From the NCBI GenBank assembly GCA_018669975.1, contig JABHSK010000001.1, positions 24,394 to 88,393 on the forward strand: DNA of 64,000 nucleotides, in the 5' to 3' direction. Source of the DNA: Candidatus Parcubacteria bacterium. GTDB taxonomy: Bacteria > Patescibacteriota > Patescibacteriia > UBA1558 > GWA2-36-10. Below the pieces are notes generated by a model that searched no databases, had not been told where the DNA came from, and worked only from the letters and a program-made list of their open reading frames with translations. The stretch's first letter is position 1, and every line of letters starts with the position of its first letter. The position numbers and the translations under genes are program-made. Below are positions 51,771 through 59,434 of the stretch, in pieces.

Positions 51771-53361
51771 GATAGACCTCTTCTTTCTTTTCTTTCATAA
51801 AACCAAGCCAATCTTCAAAAGCAGACACAAATAACTTAAACGGTGCTTCAATAATAAAATCCATCACAAAAGCAAAGACGTTTATCTTCTTAAACTTAGT
51901 AGACATCCAACGACCAGAAGCAACTATAGGTAGGGAAAAGAAATTTATTAAAAATGATACTACTCCTTCACGCTTTTGTAGAACCAAAAATTCTTTGGCA
52001 GTAGCACGAATTTTGATAGCAAAAAAGCTAACCGCTGTTAAGAAGAATAGAAATATAGCACCACTAAATAGATTGAACTCTAGGCGGCGTAATAAATAAA
52101 TAAAAGCTCCAAATACTACTACATAAAGTATTGTATACATAAAATAGTAAAAGATTTGAAAACCAGTATTTTTTCGATATTTAGTTTTAAGTTTACAGAG
52201 AATAGATTTTTCTGGACGATTATAAATCAAGTTGCTAAGATTTTGTAAAATTTTCTCTGTATTTTTCTTGCTAGGTGGTCTAACTGTCATAGTCACCAAG
52301 AACATCAATAATGGTGGGAAAACAACATTAATACCTAAGTTAATATAATTCACCTCTTTAATAATATATAACTCATATGGAAGCTCGAGGGCAACAGCCA
52401 TTAAAGCTTTGGTGATAAATATATATATAATAGCTCTAACCGATGCCTTTCTAATACGCCTACGAATAATCTTATATTTTTGATTAATTAAAATCTTAGC
52501 TTCCGATTCCAATTCAGCTGGCTCAATCAATAAATCCTTAACATCTCTTCCTTTATCTAGAATCAAACCATACAAAATTTGAAAAGTAACCACTGGCTCC
52601 TTAATTGCCTGCAATATCTTTCTTTGATAGGGATGATGCAAGTTATTCTGAATAGTATTGTAGATAGCTGGCAACTTAGTAGCAAAAAGTTTAATTAATT
52701 TATCATCTGCCTGTATCCACTGATCAAAATATAAATTCAATAAATGAAAAGAGATTATAGTGTCATCAGACTTAACTAATGACTTATGAATTGATATATA
52801 TAGTTGAATATTTTTTTCCTGAATACTAACATTTTCACCTTTAAGCTTAACACGTGATTTAGTCACTTGATACATGGCTTCAATCAATGCATCCTCCACA
52901 TCCTCTGGAGTTAATAGCATATCTATCTCACAAGCCTCTACACCAATCAACCAATTAAAATAATCATTAATTTCATCGCCGTGGTACAAATCATTCATCA
53001 ATAAATAAAGCTTGTTATATTTTTCTATAACTTTCTCTACTTCTTTAACTTTAGTTTCTGGAATACTATTGTTGGGTAGATAACGAGCTCTGATCATCTC
53101 CTCTACTAGACTCTGTGCAATGTTGGGCTTCAACATCTCCATAATAAAACGCCGTTTCAGATTTCTTTCAATCGAAAAACGACGTAATAGATGCACTTCT
53201 TTAAAATCAATACTATTTCTCAACTTTTCATACAAAGAAGCAAAATGACTAGCAATCTCCTCGACTTCTATTTTATCCTCTTCTTTACTAACCTTTTCTC
53301 GACCCTTATAAATGGCCTCTAACTTTTTGTATAAAAATATTATTTCTTGCGAAATTTTCAT
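51757..53361 (-). CDS. Hypothetical polytopic membrane protein (534 aa).
   Basis: Soluble N-terminal half and a C-terminal half with at least six TM helices; no motif recognised. Confidence 0.45.
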   Translation of the reverse strand: MKISQEIIFLYKKLEAIYKGREKVSKEEDKIEVEEIASHFASLYEKLRNSIDFKEVHLLRRFSIERNLKRRFIMEMLKPNIAQSLVEEMIRARYLPNNSIPETKVKEVEKVIEKYNKLYLLMNDLYHGDEINDYFNWLIGVEACEIDMLLTPEDVEDALIEAMYQVTKSRVKLKGENVSIQEKNIQLYISIHKSLVKSDDTIISFHLLNLYFDQWIQADDKLIKLFATKLPAIYNTIQNNLHHPYQRKILQAIKEPVVTFQILYGLILDKGRDVKDLLIEPAELESEAKILINQKYKIIRRRIRKASVRAIIYIFITKALMAVALELPYELYIIKEVNYINLGINVVFPPLLMFLVTMTVRPPSKKNTEKILQNLSNLIYNRPEKSILCKLKTKYRKNTGFQIFYYFMYTILYVVVFGAFIYLLRRLEFNLFSGAIFLFFLTAVSFFAIKIRATAKEFLVLQKREGVVSFLINFFSLPIVASGRWMSTKFKKINVFAFVMDFIIEAPFKLFVSAFEDWLGFMKEKKEEVYHDNK

Positions 53362-53501
53362 AGCTTTAAAATACCATAAATCAGCTTTTTTTTCAATCTA
53401 TGCCTAGTATTTTAAACAAATAAAAAAAGGGGCGAGATTTCTCTCGTCCCCCTGTTGATTTGAGCTTGTTTCACCTAATGGTGATTCAAACTACTGGGCA
53501 G

Positions 53502-54497
53502 CTACTTGCCACCCTTGCCGTTGAGGTTCATGAGCCAACCGGACCCGTCGGGCATGATATTGGCCGGCAAGGAGCCGTTCCACTTCTCAGCCGCGATCTT
53601 CTGGGCCTCGGCCTGGATCTTCTGGATATCCAGCTCACGGACCATGATGGCCGCGTCCTGTGCCCGAGCAAACTCCTCGGCCGCTTTACGTGAAGCAGTA
53701 GCCGTGGCTACGGTCTGCTTGTTGAGCTCATCCTGTGCCAGCTTATTCTGAGCTGCAGTCTGGACGCTGAGTTCAGCCAGGAACCGGTTGTTGATACCGG
53801 TCTGGATCTCCTCGTCCTCGTAGATCAGCCCCTCGGCGTAACCAAGGTTGTCGATAGTAATACCGGTCTCCTTGAAATGCTCACGAGTAGCGGCGTAGAC
53901 GCGATCAAAGATCTCGGCTTTGGCACCGCGACCGTCAACCAACTCCAGGGAGCCGAACTCCCGAGAGAGAATCGAGGTGACGTAACCACGCACGTTCTCA
54001 TCGACCACAGCCGACAAAGGCTTACCGGCGTACCAGTACAAGAAAGTCGCCGCGTCGTCCTCACGAACGAAGGAGGTGATATTGACGCCGATGGCGAAAC
54101 CGATGGACTCCTTGGACTCGACATGGATGGCTTCGTTGGCATTCGAGGTGCCGCTGGCGCTATCCTGCGTCCATTCACGAGTAACGGGTTTGCGATCAAC
54201 CTTGATCACGCGCACCGTCGGAATCCATTCAAAATTCCAACTGCGACGACCATTCTTCCTCTTACGCAGAGGAATAGTGACTCGCTTGGCCGCGACCTTG
54301 GCGTCCTCCAGGAAATCCACGGACATGAACTTGCCCTGGGTATCCATGTTGGCGCCTTCCATCGGCACCACGAAAGCAGTTTCGTTGGTGTCGATCTCTT
54401 CGACCACTTCGACTTCGGCCGGACCCCTGCAGCCAGTAAAGGCAAACATGGCGATCAGGCCAACGACGATCAGAGACAGGTACTTGAAATTCTTCAT
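53502..54497 (-). CDS. SPFH/band-7 (stomatin/flotillin-like) domain lipoprotein; high-GC gene.
   Basis: Lipobox AFTGC. The SPFH core (GFAIGVNITSFVRED...VRGYVTSILSREFG...ETGITIDNLGY) is followed by an Ala/Gln-rich coiled coil. SD GAGGAGG. About 57% GC. Confidence 0.6.
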   Translation of the reverse strand: MKNFKYLSLIVVGLIAMFAFTGCRGPAEVEVVEEIDTNETAFVVPMEGANMDTQGKFMSVDFLEDAKVAAKRVTIPLRKRKNGRRSWNFEWIPTVRVIKVDRKPVTREWTQDSASGTSNANEAIHVESKESIGFAIGVNITSFVREDDAATFLYWYAGKPLSAVVDENVRGYVTSILSREFGSLELVDGRGAKAEIFDRVYAATREHFKETGITIDNLGYAEGLIYEDEEIQTGINNRFLAELSVQTAAQNKLAQDELNKQTVATATASRKAAEEFARAQDAAIMVRELDIQKIQAEAQKIAAEKWNGSLPANIMPDGSGWLMNLNGKGGK

Positions 54498-54587
54498 TCT
54501 GTTTCCTCCTCAAGAGGTTCTGAAAGGTTTGAAACGGTTTTGAAACACGATATTCGTGAACAAATATACTAGCAGAGAAAAATAGAA

Positions 54588-54887
54588 CTACTCGTTACTA
54601 TCCGGGGCACTGTTGTACCTACCCAACTTGACCACATACGGAATCCAGGTCAAACCCAGCAGAATAAATCCTGCCCAGTTGATCATGCGTGGGATGGCAT
54701 GCAGTGCGACAGCGCGGCCGGCGACATAGTCGACATCACTGTTGTTGAGCTGCTTGACCGCAACTCCGGCCTCGATGGGACCCTGCGAAGCATTGTAGAC
54801 CTGAATGGTCACAATCCACAGAATCACAAAGATAATTGTGAAAATCATCCTGGCCTTGAAATTGGGCCTACCGATCATCTTACTCAT
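54588..54887 (-). CDS. Small two-TM membrane protein co-transcribed upstream of the SPFH gene (NfeD-position partner).
   Basis: The start is placed at the internal ATG (MSKMIGRP...) because SD AAGGAGG lies 6 nt upstream. Two hydrophobic helices. Confidence 0.5.
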   Translation of the reverse strand: MSKMIGRPNFKARMIFTIIFVILWIVTIQVYNASQGPIEAGVAVKQLNNSDVDYVAGRAVALHAIPRMINWAGFILLGLTWIPYVVKLGRYNSAPDSNE

Positions 54888-55102
54888 GTTTTGCCTCCTT
54901 AATGGCAAATGGTGATTGATTGGGAAACAACGATTTTACCGAATCTATTTTAAATCCTTGCGTTCAAGGCAGTAAAAAAATATACACGATAATAACAGAC
55001 TACATTAGCATAATACCTTGATTTTGTCAAGTATTAAGCTAAAAACCTTAAAAAAATAGGTAAATAAAAAGGACTCCAATTTGGAGCCCCTAATCTGATA
55101 GT

Positions 55103-55741
55103 TTAGCTATCAAGACTAAAGCTTTTCTCTGGCATACCAGGACAAGTGCCTCGCGGACCGAGAGTAGCCATAAAAACAAGGTTGCTCTGCCAGCTAATAT
55201 CACCCAATTCGGAAGCTATTTCCATAGCCATGGGAAGCAAATCAGCCTCTGGCAACACTGACAAAGTGATATGTGGTACAAACGTATCCATGGTCAATGG
55301 ATTACCCCATTTGGCCAAGTTTTTACGCCGAGCAGCACCTATATCAACTTCGCCTGTTAGACAGCCGGAATGTAAGCCAGTGATAAAATCCTGACGAAGT
55401 TCATTGATATCTTTGACCAGTTGGCGATGAATTCCCAACAACGCATCAGTCATATTTACATTCCAAAAAATAGCATTACCAGGATACTCACTGACACCAC
55501 TAAGGGTTAATTCGAGAGGCTTTTTACCCCAAAATGTTCTTTCCATGACAGAATCAACCGCAACTATATTTTCTACTGGAAAAGCAAATTGATGAATAGT
55601 AATGTGCGGAATAGCACTTTCCTCACTGAGGACTAAATCACTACCATGGGCAGCAATTTTTCTACTAACATCAATGGCTATTTGCCTGATTTCTTCAGGC
55701 GGAATAATCACTATGTTGCAGCTTAAAACTCTGGGAAACAT
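55103..55741 (-). CDS. 2H-phosphoesterase superfamily protein (LigT / 2'-5' RNA ligase / cyclic-phosphodiesterase-like).
   Basis: Two H-x-T/S-x motifs (HITIHQ and HITLSV) spaced as in LigT; SD GAGGTG. Confidence 0.6.
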   Translation of the reverse strand: MFPRVLSCNIVIIPPEEIRQIAIDVSRKIAAHGSDLVLSEESAIPHITIHQFAFPVENIVAVDSVMERTFWGKKPLELTLSGVSEYPGNAIFWNVNMTDALLGIHRQLVKDINELRQDFITGLHSGCLTGEVDIGAARRKNLAKWGNPLTMDTFVPHITLSVLPEADLLPMAMEIASELGDISWQSNLVFMATLGPRGTCPGMPEKSFSLDS

Positions 55742-55895
55742 GAGCCACCTCTTTCTTGTAGGGTTTAAGGTTCAGAAAAAATACATATTAAATTAACATA
55801 AAATACTTATTTATGTCAATGAGCATTGACAAATCATGAAACATGTGTTAGTTTCAAAATGTTTACAATTGAATATCTAACAATGAAGCAATGAA

Positions 55896-56007
55896 CGACT
55901 GTCTATATTTGGACGCTTGGATAGTCGGGAGCTAGTAGCGTAACCGGCATTGGCAATAAATTTAATTTGCTTATTTTGTCGGAGACGCCTACCTTAGGTG
56001 TTTTTTT
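55896..56007 (+). ncRNA. Structured RNA element, copy 1: conserved 51-nt core flanked by a covarying 5-bp helix, then an intrinsic terminator. Candidate riboswitch or sRNA.
   Basis: The core at 55901-55951 is identical to copy 2 except for a 5-nt block. Helix cgact(55896-900)/agtcg(55923-27). Terminator hairpin 55984-56002 plus T7. Confidence 0.5.
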
Positions 56008-56051
56008 AGTATAAGTACCTTATAAAATAAGTAAAATGATGAGGTGTTGAA

Positions 56052-56160
56052 CCATAGTCTATATTTGGACGCTTGGATTATGGGGAGCTAGTAGCGTAAC
56101 CGGCATTAAGCTGGTTTTAGGTACAAACAAAACACCTCATTTTTCGAAGGTGTTTTTTGA
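56052..56160 (+). ncRNA. Structured RNA element, copy 2: same core plus a P1/terminator switching platform.
   Basis: Core 56057-56107. Helix ccata(56052-56)/tatgg(56079-83). The stretch gaggtgtt (56041-48) is complementary to aacacctc (56131-38). That same stretch also pairs with aggtgtt (56148-54), which is followed by a T-run. Confidence 0.5.
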
Positions 56161-56184
56161 TAGTCACATCATGGAGGTGCAACA

Positions 56185-56625
56185 TTGGCTAGAATCGCTG
56201 TTTTTGATACGACCTATACTTCTATACGAACCATCTATTATGCCCTAGAGGGTGAAGGACATCAAGTAGTAACTAATGTTTTCCCAGAAAAAGTTTATGG
56301 GAAATTAGTTATGAAAATGGTAACTGACCCCCTTAGTTTGGTGACTAAAATTTTGACCCCCAGACTGGTTGATGGACAAGTCGTAAGACCTATCCCTGAT
56401 GTTTTCATCATAGATTTTCTTAATCTAGATGGTGAAAAAATAGCCAGCATACTCAAGCAAATACATAGTACTAGATCTGTACCAGTAATTGCCTTGAGTC
56501 ATAAAGGGAAAAATATAGATCGTCAAAAGTTACTTCAACTCTACGGCACTCACTATATTCCTAAACCATTTAATGTGTGGAATGTGGTTGATCACGTGGA
56601 AACTTTCCTAGGTGTCACTTGCTAG
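56185..56625 (+). CDS. Standalone receiver (REC/CheY-like) domain protein.
   Basis: TTG start with SD GGAGGTG. Beta3 acceptor Asp (VFIIDF), beta4 Ser (IALSH), beta5 Lys (IPKPF). Confidence 0.5.
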   Translation: MARIAVFDTTYTSIRTIYYALEGEGHQVVTNVFPEKVYGKLVMKMVTDPLSLVTKILTPRLVDGQVVRPIPDVFIIDFLNLDGEKIASILKQIHSTRSVPVIALSHKGKNIDRQKLLQLYGTHYIPKPFNVWNVVDHVETFLGVTC

Positions 56626-56667
56626 TGGCTGGGGGGGGGAACTAAAACCTAGGAAAGGAGGCACATA

Positions 56668-56733
56668 ATGGAAATTATGACGATCGTCATGGGTCTGTCC
56701 CTGATCGATCTCTTTTGGTGGCTGAGGAAATAA
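56668..56733 (+). CDS. 21-aa hydrophobic peptide MEIMTIVMGLSLIDLFWWLRK (type I toxin-like or small membrane peptide).
   Basis: Strong SD AAGGAGG 7 nt upstream. Single TM-length hydrophobic stretch with a basic C-terminus. A paralog lies at 56934-56999. Confidence 0.45.
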   Translation: MEIMTIVMGLSLIDLFWWLRK

Positions 56734-56835
56734 TCTCAGCAAATCGTTAATGATGTCTAGAATAGAAGTTGAAACTATCAATATCTGAGTAGCATCATTC
56801 GGATGCTACCAATCGCCTGTCTATCGACAGGCCGA

Positions 56836-56878
56836 GGGACTCGTCACTGCATAATTCCCCCCAGTGCATACGAGTCCC
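56836..56878 (+). other. Conserved compound hairpin downstream of peptide 1 (copy A).
   Basis: gggactcgtcactgc...cagtgcatacgagtccc. A 13-nt block GACTCGTCACTGC is shared with copy B. Confidence 0.5.
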
Positions 56879-56933
56879 TTTCGATATTTACTGGAGGATG
56901 CTAATCGCTTATATTGAAAGTGAGGTGAAAACT

Positions 56934-56999
56934 ATGGCTTTCGAGGTTATTCTCATCGCTATTGGCGTTGCGGATATCTTCTGGTGGCTGCGTAAGTAG
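56934..56999 (+). CDS. 21-aa hydrophobic peptide MAFEVILIAIGVADIFWWLRK (paralog).
   Basis: SD GAGGTGA. Shares the C-terminal D[LI]FWWLRK with the first peptide. Followed by a conserved hairpin plus T7 terminator. Confidence 0.45.
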   Translation: MAFEVILIAIGVADIFWWLRK

Positions 57000-57068
57000 C
57001 TACCAAGATAGCAACTAGTATCTTCAATTAATATTTATACAGATAGTGCCGCCCGGGTACTATTGTCA

Positions 57069-57117
57069 GAGACTCGTCACTGCCCATTTCCTCCAGTGCA
57101 TACGGGTCTCTTTTTTT
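57069..57117 (+). terminator. Conserved compound hairpin (copy B) plus T7: intrinsic terminator after peptide 2.
   Basis: gagactcgtcactgc...cagtgcatacgggtctc followed by ttttttt. Confidence 0.6.
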
Positions 57118-57156
57118 AAAACAAAAAATCGGATATTACTACCCGATTTTTATAAA

Positions 57157-57921
57157 TTATTTTTCAATCACTGAACCCGAACCAGATATCTTTTGAATAA
57201 CTGTGGCCTTACCACTGTATTCCACATCACCACTACCTTCTATATTTACATCCAAATCCATTTCTGCGACTACCTTAACACTTCCTGAGCCTTCGATATT
57301 TACAGACGTACTATCTGTAGCTAGAGCAGCAGCCTTGATATCACCTGAACCTTCGATATTAGTAGAATGCCTAATAGTTGAACCCTTGAGATTCATCTCT
57401 CCAGAACCAGCGATTGTTGAATCCAATTCTTTTACATCTAGATCTAGCTCAACATAACCTGAACCGTTAATACGTAAATCTAAATTCTCGGTAGTCAGTG
57501 GAGTTTCACCAATTATACTACCAGAACCATTGATAGTTAAATTATCTATATCTGGAATCGTTACATAAACATTAACTGACACAAAACTAATTGTTAGAGG
57601 TTTAAGAGAAACTCTCAGGGTACCATCCCTGACCTCAACTATTAATTTCTCCATAATCTTTTCGTCAGCATCCACCTTTACTAACTGCTCTTCTCCTTGA
57701 GATATGTATAGATTACCAGCTACATCAAAATCAACTCTAGAAAATTCTTCTAATTCAAATTCTTCTGATATTATCTTACCGGTGCCAAAGAAATTCTCCT
57801 TAGAAAATATATCCTTAACTTCATCTTCTAGGCCATTTCTACCAATATACAAACCAACAAAAAATACAGCCACTACCACTATCAACCATAGTAAACCGCT
57901 TCCTTTTTGATTTTTTAGCAT
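57157..57921 (-). CDS. Membrane-anchored GIN-domain (DUF2807, putative adhesin head) repeat protein.
   Basis: N-terminal TM helix. The motif I-x-GSG-x-V/I repeats about eight times (INGSGSI, INGSGYV, IAGSGEM, IEGSGDI, IEGSGSV, IEGSGDV, ISGSGSV). Confidence 0.55.
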   Translation of the reverse strand: MLKNQKGSGLLWLIVVVAVFFVGLYIGRNGLEDEVKDIFSKENFFGTGKIISEEFELEEFSRVDFDVAGNLYISQGEEQLVKVDADEKIMEKLIVEVRDGTLRVSLKPLTISFVSVNVYVTIPDIDNLTINGSGSIIGETPLTTENLDLRINGSGYVELDLDVKELDSTIAGSGEMNLKGSTIRHSTNIEGSGDIKAAALATDSTSVNIEGSGSVKVVAEMDLDVNIEGSGDVEYSGKATVIQKISGSGSVIEK

Positions 57922-58065
57922 AGTTTAAAACATTAATTTATTAATACATGTATTTTAACATTTTTTTGACATAAATTAAAATACTTAGATAATATTGACT
58001 AAATTAATAAATCATACTAATATGCATGGTCGTATTTGGAACCTTAAAACTCAAGGAGGAAAAAG

Positions 58066-58704
58066 ATGAGTCCTGAGAGGATATCAGTAATAATTCAACA
58101 AAAGATTGAAGCCTATGATCCCAGTGGAAATCTTGACCACACTGCTCGCTTGATTCTTGCCCTAATGTCTCTTAGACACTCCCGAACTAAATTACATGTC
58201 GAACGTGTAGCCCTGATGGCTGAAGAAGTGGCCTCTGATATGGGTAAAGATGCTCGGCAAGCTTTTTTTAGCGGACTACTGCATGACATCGGCAAGCTAG
58301 TCTTGCCCTACCACCTATTTGCTGATCAATCAATCACTGATGATGAATTTTCTGAAATTACCAGCCACGCTGCAGCCGGACACAAAGTCCTAGAACCATT
58401 CCATCTCTATACCGCGCTAGTAGCTGGCATTCATCATCGTGCTCAAGACCGTGGCTACGGTCTAACACTAACAGACTTCCCAGAAGACATGCCTTTGTCG
58501 CAGGTCAAGAAAGTTCTCAATATTGCCGTCATAGTCGGCGTCTGTGATTTTATTGATGCCTGGCAAAACCGTGGTGACACCCTCCGTGATGGACGTAAAA
58601 AAACAGACCTTGATTTACGCAGTCTGCTTCTGGAAAAATATCCCGATGATAGCCAAGTTGTTGACTTGGCCCTAGTAGCTGCGGACAAAGTCCGTACCAT
58701 CTGA
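58066..58704 (+). CDS. HD-domain phosphohydrolase, HD-GYP-like (divergent: HDIGK ... HHRAQDRGYG).
   Basis: HD motif LLHDIGKLVLPYHL and a second metal-binding block GIHHRAQDRGYG, which resembles the HHExxDGxGYP block of c-di-GMP HD-GYP phosphodiesterases. SD AAGGAGG. About 50% GC. Confidence 0.5.
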   Translation: MSPERISVIIQQKIEAYDPSGNLDHTARLILALMSLRHSRTKLHVERVALMAEEVASDMGKDARQAFFSGLLHDIGKLVLPYHLFADQSITDDEFSEITSHAAAGHKVLEPFHLYTALVAGIHHRAQDRGYGLTLTDFPEDMPLSQVKKVLNIAVIVGVCDFIDAWQNRGDTLRDGRKKTDLDLRSLLLEKYPDDSQVVDLALVAADKVRTI

Positions 58705-58710
58705 TATATG

Positions 58711-58738
58711 GACCTACTCTCTGAGTGGGTCTTTTTTT
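58711..58738 (+). terminator. Intrinsic terminator of the HD-GYP-like gene (gacctactc tct gagtgggtc plus T7).
   Basis: 9-bp stem with one G·U pair and a U-tract. Confidence 0.65.
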
Positions 58739-58863
58739 ATAAAATAAAAAGGACTGACAAGGTCAGTCCCGTATAATCGCTAATCACCAAAAATTTTCAC
58801 ATAAGGTCTTATTGTCAATTAAATAAAAAATAAAAAACTGAGCTTTAGGCTCAGATTTTTTGA

Positions 58864-58873
58864 TGGCTCGGGG
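58864..58873 (-). other. Orphan 10-nt copy of the tRNA-Gln 3' end (…CCCCGAGCCA), a possible recombination or attachment-site remnant.
   Basis: tggctcgggg is identical to the 3'-terminal 10 nt of both tRNA-Gln genes. No complete cloverleaf can be drawn. Confidence 0.35.
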
Positions 58874-58975
58874 CGCTGGACTATTGTCCAGCATCTTAGG
58901 TCGCTCCTATCGGATCATTGTTTGTGGTTTTGAACCAAAAATAAAAACCCGAACAAAAGTTCAGATTCTTATTTT

Positions 58976-59049
58976 TGGCTCGGGGACAGGGGCTCGAACC
59001 CCGATTGCCTGGACCAAAACCAGGTGTCCTACCATTAGACGATCCCCGA
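58976..59049 (-). tRNA. tRNA-Gln (anticodon UUG). Identical to the copy at 15363-15436 except for anticodon position 34.
   Basis: Same 74-nt sequence with ccaGaacc changed to ccaAaacc on the plus strand, giving anticodon loop TTTTGGT. Confidence 0.85.
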
Positions 59050-59158
59050 ACAAGGAAAATACGCAACAATAATACTATATTTTACTACTTATGTCAACTA
59101 TATAAAATTAAATTTCCCCCGCTGGATTAGAACCACACGAGGGAAATATTTACGGAGC

Positions 59159-59434
59159 CTAGCCCCGAAGTTGGCGCCTTGCCCTCTCCAGATCAGCTGC
59201 CCGCTGCGCCCTTAATTCGTCCCTTCTAAGGTCGAATTGCTCCCTCGAAGGAAGGAGGTGCGTAGTGGGTAGCTCTGGAAGAGAACGACACGCTTCCGGA
59301 AGAATAGGCCTTGACCCTCTTGGGTCAGGAAGCACTCTACGCACTTCCGGGAGCCTAGGAGACTTTTCTGACAAGCCTCTAAGCTGCTGCCTAGCTTCCG
59401 AAAAACTAGCAATGAACCTTGACCACCAAGCCAT
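59159..59434 (-). CDS. Putative 91-aa Arg/Leu/Pro-rich ORF in a GC-rich spacer. A real protein and a non-coding transcript cannot be told apart.
   Basis: Upstream TTGACA, 17-nt spacer, TTATAT promoter. SD AAAGGAGG 4 nt before the ATG. Downstream hairpin (atttccc/gggaaat). The encoded sequence is low-complexity. Confidence 0.25.
   Translation of the reverse strand: MAWWSRFIASFSEARQQLRGLSEKSPRLPEVRRVLPDPRGSRPILPEACRSLPELPTTHLLPSREQFDLRRDELRAQRAADLERARRQLRG

Noticed and set aside
53460-54572. Multiple overlapping ORFs on both strands (53460-53693, 53506-53751, 53825-54199, 53877-54572, 54076-54543, 54206-54445, 54262-54513)
   Set aside because: High GC suppresses stop codons. Only the minus-strand frame 53502-54497 has an SD, a signal peptide with lipobox and SPFH motifs. 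The others have no start context.
55896-56160. The two 51-nt direct repeats as a CRISPR array
   Set aside because: There are only two copies, the intervening sequence is of unequal length, and each copy is followed by its own terminator. No cas genes are present. The covariation points to a structured RNA instead.
58864-58930. A third tRNA gene
   Set aside because: Only the 3'-terminal 10 nt match tRNA-Gln. No acceptor 5' strand, D-arm or anticodon arm can be drawn, so it is treated as a fragment.
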